From: Candidatus Moraniibacteriota bacterium
Lineage (GTDB): Bacteria > Patescibacteriota > Minisyncoccia > Moranbacterales > UBA9337
DNA length: 64,000 bases
NCBI GenBank assembly: GCA_026985555.1
Contig: JALSQF010000003.1
Span: 62,605-126,604, forward strand
Direction of reading: 5' to 3'
Made by a program: the position numbers and the translations under genes. The notes beneath the pieces are model-generated. The model was given only the letters and a program-made list of their open reading frames with translations, did no database searches and was not told the origin of the DNA. Below are positions 1 to 9,800 of the stretch, in pieces (the first letter of the stretch is position 1; each line of letters begins with the position of its first letter).

Positions 1-43
1 CTTTTTGTTGTTCTTGATTAAGATTAGAAAGTAATTCATTCAT
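1..43 (-). CDS. 5' end of a probable UvrD/PcrA helicase (runs off window)
   Basis: Minus strand ATG at 43 gives MNELLSNLNQEQQK, resembling the LL..LNxEQ start of PcrA/UvrD; only 14 codons visible. Confidence 0.4.
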   Translation of the reverse strand, partial: MNELLSNLNQEQQK

Positions 44-89
44 AAATAGCAGTTTAACATAAAAGGATTTAGTTGACAAAAATTATTCT

Positions 90-137
90 TTCTGGCTATT
101 TAAATATCCATTTAAATGGATATTTAAATAGCCAGAA
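90..137. repeat. 48-bp perfect palindrome, copy 1
   Basis: TTCTGGCT-ATTTAAAT-ATCC-ATTTAAAT-GGAT-ATTTAAAT-AGCCAGAA; identical to four other copies. Confidence 0.98.
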
Positions 138-183
138 ATTAAAAAATAAATTTTTAATAGTAGGACGTATTAAGATTAAGGTA

Positions 184-212
184 TTGACAAAAAAGAAAAA
201 ATATGCTAGTAT
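184..212 (+). promoter_or_regulatory. sigma70-type promoter
   Basis: TTGACA-17 bp-TAGTAT with extended -10 TG, upstream of ATG 241. Confidence 0.65.
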
Positions 213-240
213 TTGAAGTTAAATTATAAAAAATAATTTT

Positions 241-1206
241 ATGCAAAAAATAACTCGTCAAAAAATATCCGTTATTATTCCCACTTATAATGTGGAGGAT
301 TTAATAGAACAAGCCATTAAATCTGTGCAATGGGCGGATGAAATTTTAGTAGTAGATTCTTTTTCTACCGATAAAACTGTTATTAAGGCTAAAAAATTAG
401 GCGCGCGAGTTTTAGCCCATGAATATGTTTATAGCGCTAAACAAAAAAACTGGGCTATTCCTCAAGCTAAATATGATTGGATATTACTTTTAGATAGTGA
501 TGAGGTAGTAACTAAAGAATTAAAAAATAATATTCAGAGATTGCTATCTAATCCACGAGAATTAAATCAATATGATGGGTTTGGTATCGCGAGAAAACAT
601 TTCTTTTTTGGAAAATTCTTGCGTTGGGGTGGTCGTTATCCTCTTTATAATATCCGTCTTTTTAGAAAATCTTGTCGTTATGAAGATCGCGATGTGCATG
701 CTCATATTCTTTTATCTAAAGAGAAAATTAAGAATATTAAAGGAGATATTCTACACTATAGTGATAGAACTTTAGAACAATTTTTTGAAAAATTTAATCG
801 CTATTCTACCTACCAAGCCAATTATATGTTGAAAGTTCATCAGCAGGGTTTAAATAAATTTCAATGGAGAGAAATATTAAATCCTTTTTATACAAAAGCT
901 TATTTGAAAGATATTTGGCAATTTTTACCTTTTACTCCTACCTTACGTTTTCTATATATGTATGTTTTACGTTTAGGATTTTTAGATGGGAAGTTTGGTT
1001 TTATGATAGCTTTATTATATGCTTTTCAAGATTATGTTTCTAAAACTAAATATATGGAATTAACAGGTAAAAAACCTAGTCTACGTTTATTAATTCAAGA
1101 AAAAATGATGCGTAGAATTAGTAAAATTAAAATTATTAAAACGGAAAAAAAAGCTTCCAAAAAATATAATCAGAATTTATCTATAGTAGATAGTGTTTAT
1201 AATTAA
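241..1206 (+). CDS. Glycosyltransferase family 2 (beta-1,4-glucosyltransferase/KdtX-like)
   Basis: ISVIIPTYN, VVDSFSTD, LLDSDE and GFLDGKFG motifs. Confidence 0.9.
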   Translation: MQKITRQKISVIIPTYNVEDLIEQAIKSVQWADEILVVDSFSTDKTVIKAKKLGARVLAHEYVYSAKQKNWAIPQAKYDWILLLDSDEVVTKELKNNIQRLLSNPRELNQYDGFGIARKHFFFGKFLRWGGRYPLYNIRLFRKSCRYEDRDVHAHILLSKEKIKNIKGDILHYSDRTLEQFFEKFNRYSTYQANYMLKVHQQGLNKFQWREILNPFYTKAYLKDIWQFLPFTPTLRFLYMYVLRLGFLDGKFGFMIALLYAFQDYVSKTKYMELTGKKPSLRLLIQEKMMRRISKIKIIKTEKKASKKYNQNLSIVDSVYN

Positions 1207-1232
1207 TTAATAATTATCAATAATTTAAATCT

Positions 1233-1928
1233 ATGTCTCATAATTTTTTCTACAATTTAAAAAAGCAGTGGCAATTAGTATTTTTTTCTGCATTGTTATT
1301 AGCTAGTATAAGTTTTGCTTTGAGCACTATTTTACCCATTAAATATGAAAGCACAGTAAGTATTTTGATTATTCAAAAACAATCAGTGGAAAAAGTGGAT
1401 GCTTTTTCAGCGGCTAAATCGGCTGAATACTTAAGTCAGATTTTTTCTAGAATAATTTATACTAATAAATTTTTTCAAGAACTTTTTCAATCACCCTATA
1501 AAATTGTTAATGATTTTCCTCGTGATCCAGAGGAATGGAAAAAAAGTTGGAAAAAAGCAGTGGCAGTTAAAAAAATTAATAACACTGGTATAATTAAGAT
1601 TTCCGTTCTTTCTTCTTCTAGAGATCAGGCGGAAAATTTAGCGCAAGCTATTGCTTGGAATCTTTCTCAAAATGGTCAAAAGTATCACGGAGGAGGAGAT
1701 AGAGTGGAGATTAAACTTATTGATGGTCCTATAACTCCCTTTGATTCCGCTTGGCCAAAGGTATGGCTAAATACTTTACTGGGGTTACTGGTGGGAGTTT
1801 TAATCGCTGGATCTATTATTTACTTTTTTCCAGATAATCAATTATTAAGAAAAAAGAAAAATAGTTTTTCTAGTCCAGAAGAGTATTTAACAGAATGGAG
1901 AGAATTGGAGGGTATTGACAACGAGTAA
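1233..1928 (+). CDS. Wzz/CpsC-like polysaccharide chain-length determinant
   Basis: Two terminal TM helices; PxYEST after TM1; Pro-rich motif before C-terminal TM with GxxxG. Confidence 0.75.
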   Translation: MSHNFFYNLKKQWQLVFFSALLLASISFALSTILPIKYESTVSILIIQKQSVEKVDAFSAAKSAEYLSQIFSRIIYTNKFFQELFQSPYKIVNDFPRDPEEWKKSWKKAVAVKKINNTGIIKISVLSSSRDQAENLAQAIAWNLSQNGQKYHGGGDRVEIKLIDGPITPFDSAWPKVWLNTLLGLLVGVLIAGSIIYFFPDNQLLRKKKNSFSSPEEYLTEWRELEGIDNE

Positions 1929-1944
1929 CATTTCATGCTATAAT
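1915..1944 (+). promoter_or_regulatory. sigma70-type promoter for GC-rich secreted gene
   Basis: TTGACA-18 bp-TATAAT with extended TG. Confidence 0.7.
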
Positions 1945-2205
1945 AAAAAGTTAAAAGTTGATTAAAATTGTTAATTATGTTGTAATTCTTTTTTAAAAGG
2001 GTAGAAGTGAGAAAGAAAATTAGGAAAAATTTTCTTTCTTCTTCTGTCCTTACCCAGGACAGACAATTTTAAAAAATCAAAAAGGAGGTAAAAGAATAAG
2101 ACGGGTTGGCGTTTCTCCCTGGAAAACGTCTGGCTAGTTGCCTAGCTAGCTAAAGTTCTTTAAGATTTCCTCTGTGGGCAGGAGGAAAAAATCAAGGAGG
2201 AAAAC

Positions 2206-2820
2206 ATGAAAAAGATTATTTTTCTCTTCTTTTTTTCCTTTTTTTTCTTACCCTTCTTAGCTTCGGCTGAGCAGGTAATTTTAACCGGTCCTCAGTGGGC
2301 CGTGGACAGGGTTTGTTCAGAGGTGCACTCGGTCCTGCCGGGTGCCTCTCTGACCCAAATTGTAAGGGAGGGTAACACCTCCCTACAATTTCGTGATCAA
2401 GATGGTATCACCCGGCGGGTAATTACCATCTCTCAAGTAGCCCTCACTAGCGAGGGCAGGGCCGTCTCCGATGAGGCCCTGACCCTCGTCGCGGTCTGGC
2501 AGGGGATTCCACCTGCCTACGAATACCGGGCTGGGTGCAGCGATGTGCCTTGGTCCAGATATTCGTCCGGGAGCCAAGTTTGGGCTTCGGCTCCCATGGG
2601 GCAGAGGGTCTATGAAATTGTTAAAAAAGACAACGGTATGGCCAAGACCAAGGCCGTTGTTTGTGGGAGGTGGCAATGTAGTGCATACTTTTGCTCGCCT
2701 CACCGGGTGCCACTCAGCTCCGCGTTGGCGAACCTGCCGGCCGGAGCGATTCGGCTGGTAAGACCCAGCGATGGGTCTCACCAGCCCGTAGAGACCGAAG
2801 GTCTCTACGTGGCACCCTAA
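2206..2820 (+). CDS. Hypothetical secreted protein, GC-rich orphan
   Basis: AAGGAGG SD; signal peptide ending ASA/E; GC of sampled lines about 60-68%. Confidence 0.75.
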   Translation: MKKIIFLFFFSFFFLPFLASAEQVILTGPQWAVDRVCSEVHSVLPGASLTQIVREGNTSLQFRDQDGITRRVITISQVALTSEGRAVSDEALTLVAVWQGIPPAYEYRAGCSDVPWSRYSSGSQVWASAPMGQRVYEIVKKDNGMAKTKAVVCGRWQCSAYFCSPHRVPLSSALANLPAGAIRLVRPSDGSHQPVETEGLYVAP

Positions 2821-2828
2821 ATTTCTCA

Positions 2829-2889
2829 GGGCAGCGTTCGTTTAGTGATTAATATAATTTTAATCCTAAACGGCGCTGTCCGTTTTTTT
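2829..2889 (+). terminator. Intrinsic terminator
   Basis: GGGCAGCGTTCGTTTAG...CTAAACGGCGCTGTCC followed by T-tract. Confidence 0.7.
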
Positions 2890-2970
2890 ATCTTGAAAAA
2901 ATATTTTTAAAACTTGATTTTTCAATAGCTTAGTTTAAAATGAATTTAAATAAGTCTTTAATGTTTTTCA

Positions 2971-5013
2971 ATGAAAATTAAAACCAAATTTTCTAGTTCA
3001 AGTATCAGACAAGAATTTTTAGAATTTATGAATAAACGAGGGCATAAGATTGTGCCGTCGGCTTCTTTATTGCCGGAAAATGATCCCACGACACTTTTTA
3101 CCGGATCAGGAATGCAACCAATGGTGCGGTATTTATTAGGAGAAAAATATCCCGGAGGCGTAAAGCGAATAGCCAATGTTCAAAAATGTTTTCGTAGTGG
3201 AGATATTGAAGAAGTGGGAGATAATCGGCATACTACTTTTTTTGAAATGCTAGGCAATTGGTCTTTGGGTGATTATTTTAAACAAGAACAAATTGAGTGG
3301 ATTTTTGAATTTTTAACTAAAAAGTTAGAGCTAGATCCTCAGCGGCTTTATGTTTCCGTTTATCGTGGGAATGAAAAATTAGGTTTGCCAAAAGAAGAGG
3401 AGGCGGTGAAAATTTGGCAAAAACAATTTCAAAAAGTAGAAATTGAAGCGAAAAGCGTTGATTTAATAGATTTAAAACAAAAGGGCGTAGATTTAAAAGG
3501 AAAATGTTTAGTGGATTTAGATAATAGAAATAGAATTTTTTATTATTCCGATTCGGAAAATTGGTGGTCACGAGCGGGAGCGCCACATAAAATGCCGCTG
3601 GGCGAGCCAGGCGGTCCTGACTCAGAAATATTTTGGGATTTTGGTCCAGAACATAAATTTCATGAAAATTCTCCTTGGAAAGATCAACCCTGTCATCCAG
3701 CTTGTGAGTGTGGGCGTTTTATGGAAATTGGTAATAGCGTTTTTATGCAATACAAGAAAACTGAAAATGGATTTGAAGAATTGAAACAAAAAAATATTGA
3801 TTTTGGGGGTGGTTTAGAAAGAATGACAGCAGCTGTTTTAGATAATCCTGATATTTTTTTAACAGATTTGTTTCAACTACCAATGAAAAAGTTAGATGCC
3901 ATTTTATGGTCGCAGAAAAATGCTGAACAAACGCAGAAAAATACAGAAAAAGTGACTGATTATAAAGAATCTTTTTATGTAGGTGATGATGAAAATATCA
4001 AACAATCTTTTAGAGTTATTTTAGATCACATTAAGGGAGCGACTTTTTTAATTAATGATGGATCTTTACCTTCTAATAAAGATCAGGGATATTTTACACG
4101 GAGACTTATTCGGCGAGCGGTAAGATTTGGACATCAATTAGGAATAAAAGAAAACTTTACTAGTCAGATTGCCGAAGAGGTGATTAAAACTTATGAGGAT
4201 TATTACAAAGATCTAGGAGAAAATAGAGATAAAATTTTAGGAGCACTGGAAGAAGAAGAAAAAAAGTTTAGGAAGACTTTAGTTAAAGGTTTAAAGAAAA
4301 TGGAGGCGATATTTGATACAACACCACGAGTTGTTAAAAATAAAGGTGAGGCGATTAGAATTGTAACGGGATATCATGCTTTTGACTTATACCAAACCTA
4401 TGGTTTTCCAATAGAAATGTTTATTGAAGAGTTGGATAAAACAGGAATTGAATATGATATAAAAGAAATTAAAAAATCTTTTCAAGAAGAGTTGCAAAAG
4501 CACAAAGATTTATCACGAACGGCTAGCGCTGGAAAATTTAAGGGAGGTTTAGCAGATAATGATGAAGCAACAACTCAATTACATACTATTACACATTTAA
4601 TGTTAGCTGGTTTGCGTAAAGTATTAGGAGAAGAAGTTAGCCAAAAAGGTTCTAATATTACTCCTGAGAGAATTCGTTTTGATTTTTCTTATAGTCAAGC
4701 GATGACAGAGGAGCAAAGAAAAGCCGTAGAAGATTTTGTCAATAATGCTCTAAAAACTGGTGGAAAAGTAGAAATAGCTGAAATGCCTAAACAACAAGCC
4801 ATAGATGAAGGAGTAACAGGCGCTTTTTGGGAAAAATATCCAGAGCAAGTTAAGGTTTATACCATTACTTCTCCTCAAGGTGAAATTTATTCTCGGGAGC
4901 TTTGTGGTGGTCCACATGTTAAAAATCTTTCAGAAATAAAAGGTACGTTTAAAATTCTCAAAGAAAAATCTAGCGGAGCAGGAATAAGAAGAATTAAAGC
5001 TGTATTAAAATAA
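2971..5013 (+). CDS. alaS: Alanine--tRNA ligase (short form, no C-Ala domain)
   Basis: DPTTLFT, HTTFFEMLGNWS, HTITH and ELCGGPH editing motifs, GIRRIKA end. Confidence 0.97.
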   Translation: MKIKTKFSSSSIRQEFLEFMNKRGHKIVPSASLLPENDPTTLFTGSGMQPMVRYLLGEKYPGGVKRIANVQKCFRSGDIEEVGDNRHTTFFEMLGNWSLGDYFKQEQIEWIFEFLTKKLELDPQRLYVSVYRGNEKLGLPKEEEAVKIWQKQFQKVEIEAKSVDLIDLKQKGVDLKGKCLVDLDNRNRIFYYSDSENWWSRAGAPHKMPLGEPGGPDSEIFWDFGPEHKFHENSPWKDQPCHPACECGRFMEIGNSVFMQYKKTENGFEELKQKNIDFGGGLERMTAAVLDNPDIFLTDLFQLPMKKLDAILWSQKNAEQTQKNTEKVTDYKESFYVGDDENIKQSFRVILDHIKGATFLINDGSLPSNKDQGYFTRRLIRRAVRFGHQLGIKENFTSQIAEEVIKTYEDYYKDLGENRDKILGALEEEEKKFRKTLVKGLKKMEAIFDTTPRVVKNKGEAIRIVTGYHAFDLYQTYGFPIEMFIEELDKTGIEYDIKEIKKSFQEELQKHKDLSRTASAGKFKGGLADNDEATTQLHTITHLMLAGLRKVLGEEVSQKGSNITPERIRFDFSYSQAMTEEQRKAVEDFVNNALKTGGKVEIAEMPKQQAIDEGVTGAFWEKYPEQVKVYTITSPQGEIYSRELCGGPHVKNLSEIKGTFKILKEKSSGAGIRRIKAVLK

Positions 5014-5058
5014 AAACAATAAAAGATATTCAACTTAATAATTATTTAAAACAAAAAT

Positions 5059-6552
5059 ATGAAAACAAAAATTATCATAGGTCTAGGAATTATTGTTTTA
5101 ATCTTATCTGGAATATTTACTTTTAGTATTAGTAAATATTATCAAAACAATATTCAAAACAAACAAGAAGAAATCAAAATTAATAAAAATAATAACAAAA
5201 AAGATGGCAAGCAAGAAACAAATTCTCAATCAGAAGAAATGAAGCAGCAATTAAAAGACGAACAAGCAACGAATAGGGAAAAAGAAATTAATGCAGATAA
5301 AAAAACAGAAATCAAATCTGCTTTGGATAGATTTTTACTTAGTATTTATAATCCTCCCTATGCTTGGCGTTATGGACCTTATCGTGATAAAGATTTTGAT
5401 TATTATCAAAAAGCAGGTTTTGATAATTTTTTATGGGCCAGAGATGAAGCTAAATTAATGGAAAAAATACATAAATATCATTTTAAATATTTTTTGAATG
5501 TTAGAGCGCTATTTCCAGAAGAGGGGCCAGGAAATATTGATTACTTAAGGGGAGTTAAAAATCCTGATGAAGATAATGAAACTTATAATGTTAGACCAGC
5601 AGTGGTGCCAGAGGTTTTATTAAAAAAACTTGATATTTTAGTAGATAAGTATAAAGATGATCCAGATTTAATTGGTTACTGGATTTGTGATGAACCTTTT
5701 CCTTCCGCTTACAAAAATATAGCTAAAGTAATAGAGAGAATTAGACAAAAAGATCCCAAACACTATAGTTTAGTTAATATTGGTGATAATGAATATACTA
5801 CAGAAAAAAATATTGATAAGTTTTTAGAAATAACTAAAGCGAAGGTGCTTTGTTTTGATCGTTATAATTTTTTCAATGGTTTTGATAGAAATAGACAATT
5901 TTTACAACTGCTAGGGATGATTCGTCAAAAAGCTTTAGAATATAACATACCTTTTTATGGTTTTGTGCAGGCCGTTGGTACTAATGGAACTAGCGCTAGT
6001 GAATTAGATTGGCGAACGCCAAATCTCAATGAAATGCGTTGGCTAGCTTATCATATGTTAACTTATGGAGCTAAAGGATTACTTTGGTTTCATTGGGATG
6101 CCGAGGATTGGGGCGTGATACAAAATCCGGCTAGAAATAAGATTTATATAAATTTACAAAAAGTGAATAAAGAAATTAAATCTTTAGGAGATATGATGGC
6201 AAATTTAAAAACAGTAGATGTTTATCAAGTAAAAGGAGAAAAGATTATTGGACAAAGGAAGGAAGGCGATAAGAAATTTATTTATCCAGTAGATAATAAG
6301 ACTAGTTTAACAGTGGGAATGTTCAGTAGAAATGATGGAAAAGAATATTTTATGTTAACAAATACAAGTTATCGCACTTCGGTTAATTCGGAAATAAAAA
6401 TTCTTAAAGCAATTAATGGTTTAGAGGCATTTAACATTGAAACTAAAAAGTGGGAAACAATAAATATAAATGCCAATTCTGATAATACAACTTTCATGCT
6501 AGAATTAGAAAAAGGAAGTGGAAAGTTATTTAGAGAGAAAATGGAATTTTAA
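5059..6552 (+). CDS. Membrane-anchored glycoside hydrolase-like (TIM barrel) protein
   Basis: N-terminal TM; GYWICDEP, FDRYN and YGAKGLLWFHW resemble clan GH-A hydrolases. Confidence 0.6.
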   Translation: MKTKIIIGLGIIVLILSGIFTFSISKYYQNNIQNKQEEIKINKNNNKKDGKQETNSQSEEMKQQLKDEQATNREKEINADKKTEIKSALDRFLLSIYNPPYAWRYGPYRDKDFDYYQKAGFDNFLWARDEAKLMEKIHKYHFKYFLNVRALFPEEGPGNIDYLRGVKNPDEDNETYNVRPAVVPEVLLKKLDILVDKYKDDPDLIGYWICDEPFPSAYKNIAKVIERIRQKDPKHYSLVNIGDNEYTTEKNIDKFLEITKAKVLCFDRYNFFNGFDRNRQFLQLLGMIRQKALEYNIPFYGFVQAVGTNGTSASELDWRTPNLNEMRWLAYHMLTYGAKGLLWFHWDAEDWGVIQNPARNKIYINLQKVNKEIKSLGDMMANLKTVDVYQVKGEKIIGQRKEGDKKFIYPVDNKTSLTVGMFSRNDGKEYFMLTNTSYRTSVNSEIKILKAINGLEAFNIETKKWETININANSDNTTFMLELEKGSGKLFREKMEF

Positions 6553-6833
6553 TAATAGTTATTGATGATGTAAAAAATAGAGTATTTTAAATGAGAAGTG
6601 ATTTTTAAAAAAAATGCAAAAATTGATAATTAGCAAATAAAAAACAGTATATAAGGCACAAAAAATAATATTATTAAAATAAACTAGCAACAATAAATAA
6701 TTAGAAATGAGTCTTGATTTTTAAAATATTTCAGAGTGATTTTATTGAAAATGCAAATGTATTAAAATTACAACAAAGTTTTAATTTGCTATTGAAGTCC
6801 AAGTTGAGGTTAAGTTTTTAGAAAAATCATTTT

Positions 6834-9800
6834 ATGGAACAAATAAAATTTTTTAAAAAACCAAAAAATTTAGAAGCGGGGGAAGAACTATTTAAATTAT
6901 TTGAGAATAAGGATAGTATTTTTTTGGATGCTTTAAATAAAGTAATTCAAGGAAAAGATTGGGTTGATGAGCAAAAAAATAGAGTTAATAATTTCTCTGG
7001 ATCTTTACAGGATTATTTAAAATTAACTGAAATAAATGGAGTTAGTAGGGTGGGCGCTTTAAAAATTTTAAAAGGCCTACTAAAAGAAATAAGAAAATCA
7101 AAAAAAGAAGCTATTTCAGATGTAGAAAAAAAGAAACAAATTTATTTGCCTCTATCATATATTGAAAAGATAAATCTTTCTGAAATAGATTTACAAGAAG
7201 GTGATTTGTGGAAAGCATACCAAGAATTTTGGAATAGTTTACCAGACGAAGAAAAGAAATTTTACAAATTTAAAGATGAAATAGTTATTAGCAGGCAATC
7301 ACCAGATGCAAAAAAGCAAGCAGTTGTGGAAGCGGTATCTAATGCTTTAGATGCTATGAGAAATGTTCAAATTGGCGAAAAGGGTTTGGGGATTAAGCAG
7401 CTTTTGTCATATGTAGATGATGGCGGAGAAATTATTATAAAGAGTAAGAAAGATGGTGATAGAGCAAGGTTATTAAATATTAAAAAGGGGGCAGATAATG
7501 ATTATTATTCCAGTATAAAAAATATTGATAACTTTCCCAGTACTTCTGGTACAATAGTTTCTGTAAAATTAAAAAAAGAATTAACCCCGGAAAGAATTAA
7601 AGAAATAGAAAAACAAATTAAATACACTTTCAGATTAACTTTAGGAGCGCAATTAATTTTAAATGGTGAAGTTATCAATAATTATCAAAAAATCAAAAAC
7701 TTAAAAGGTAAAACAGCCAGTGAATATGAATCTACTAAAATAGTTCGTGTAGATATTAAAAATGATAAAATTCAAATTATAGATGGTGGGGTTGGTATGG
7801 ATGCTAAGACATTAAGCACAATGTTTGTTCCGCGTGCTGGCACTAAAAAGATGGCAATTAAAAAGGATAAATCGTTTCCAGAAGTTTGGTTATTGGAGGA
7901 TGAAGTTAATCAGGGAAAGGTATTTTTTTCTCGAGGTAATGAAATTTTAGAAGATGCAGACTTAAAAAATAGTAAATATTTAAATTACTCTCAAAATGGT
8001 CTTCTTTTAGAAGGACCAAATTTTAGAGTTCCAGAATCAAGGCAAGGTATTTTTCTTGATGAAACATTTTTAAATACAATTAACAAGATTGTTACAGAAA
8101 TTTTAAACTCCAACAAACTAGCTCAAGAAAAAGCACAGCTTTTAAATTCTATTTTGATATATTTAGATGAACAAATGCAAAAGAAAAATCTTGGTGATAA
8201 GCAAAAAAACAAAGAGCAAAATAGCGAAATTTTAACTCATATTAAGAAAATAAAAAAGCAGGCCCAACCATTAATTCAGGAATTACAACAAGAATATATA
8301 TTACTACCAAATCATCAAAAATGGCAAAATTTAGATTTAGATAACAGTAAGAGTAATAAAGAATTATTCTATTTAAATGAGAGATTGTTTGATTTTAAAA
8401 TAGAAAGTATTCCAGGCGTGGAACGCGCAGAGTATTTTAGAGGCGCAAAAGTTTATGGTGTAGATTTCAAAGAATTGGATCTAAAAGATAATAAATTTAT
8501 TGAATATAGAGGTAGCTATTTGTTTGATAAAAGGGTATTACAAATTTATGAGCAAGAAACAGATGATTTTAAAAAAGAATCATTAGAAGAATTGATTGAA
8601 TTATCTCTTAATCCGATTATTACTTCTTATGATGAGAAAGAAATTCATATATTAAGAAAAATATTGATCAAAAAACAATCTGTCAAAAAAAATAATAAAG
8701 AAAAACAAAGAGAGCAAGTAGAAACAATACAAAACTCAGTTTTAAGTGATTTATTCCTCAAAGAATACAAGGAATTAAACAAAAAAATGGGCACTTGTCA
8801 TGAAGTCACCTACTTAGAAAACGGTTTATTTGGTTTAAGATTTGAGAAAGGTTTTGTGCTGTTAGACAAAAATAGCCAAGAAAAAATGTCTATAGATAAC
8901 ATGGGTGCTTGTTATGAAGTTACCCAATTAGAAAACGGTTTAATTGGTTTAGGATTTGAACATGGTTTTGTGCTGTTAGACCAAAATAGCCAAGAAAAAA
9001 TGCGAATAGATGATATGGGTAATTGTTTTTGGCTAACTTCACTAGAAAACGGTTTAATTGGTTTAGGATTTGAACATGGTTTTGTGCTGTTAGACCAAAA
9101 TAGCCAAGAAAAAATGCGAATAGATGATATGGGTAATTGTTTTTGGCTAACTTCACTAGAAAACGGTTTAATTGGTTTAAGATTTGAGGATGGTTTTCAG
9201 ACTTTAGATTACTATCATTTTTCACAAAAAATAATAGGACAAGTTAACGAGAACGAATTAGTTGTTCAAATCAAAAATATAATAAATTCCTTAGATGATA
9301 GTTTAATTGACAAGACTGATATTGAAGAAATTTTAATAAGCAGGGTAAGAAACAAATTAAAAGAAATAGAAAAAAACGAACAAGATTTTGAAGGAATAAA
9401 TAATCTTCTTTCTAAACCAGAGCAGTTGTCTCAAGTATTTAGTTATTTACAAAAAAAGGAGCAACAATTTCAAGAATATCAAATTTCAACATATCTAAGA
9501 AATACTATTTTAAGTTTAATGACAGATCCAAAAACAACAGAACAGTTATTTTCTAAATTAGAAGATAACAGTCTTCAAGTAGAAATGGTTTTGAGTATTC
9601 AGAAATTTAAATTATTAGAAAATAATATAGAAGAATTTTCAAACTTATTAAAAGACATTGACAATCTCTATGAAAGAAATTTCTTTTACTCAATTGTAGA
9701 TAAATATTTAAATAATATAGATAAATCTAAACAAGATATTGGATTGCTTTTAGATAAGTTATCTCGTATAAAACAGGCAAGTATCTTTACTACCTTTAAA

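Noticed and set aside
90-137. Palindrome as CRISPR repeat or synthetic scaffold linker
   Set aside because: Copies are 8-14 kb apart with no spacers or cas genes; the three TAA stops share one frame; flanks extend variably and no gene is broken. Read-level check is still advisable
2383-2781. Antisense and overlapping ORFs in the GC-rich genes (also 16856-17416 and 18079-18574)
   Set aside because: Expected by-product of high GC; the SD and signal peptide identify the real frames
2971-5013. AlaRS lacking the C-Ala domain as a novelty
   Set aside because: Short AlaRS forms are already known in reduced genomes
8787-9212. Repeats as DGR template/variable region
   Set aside because: No reverse transcriptase in the window; repeats are tandem and in frame, and differences are not adenine-specific
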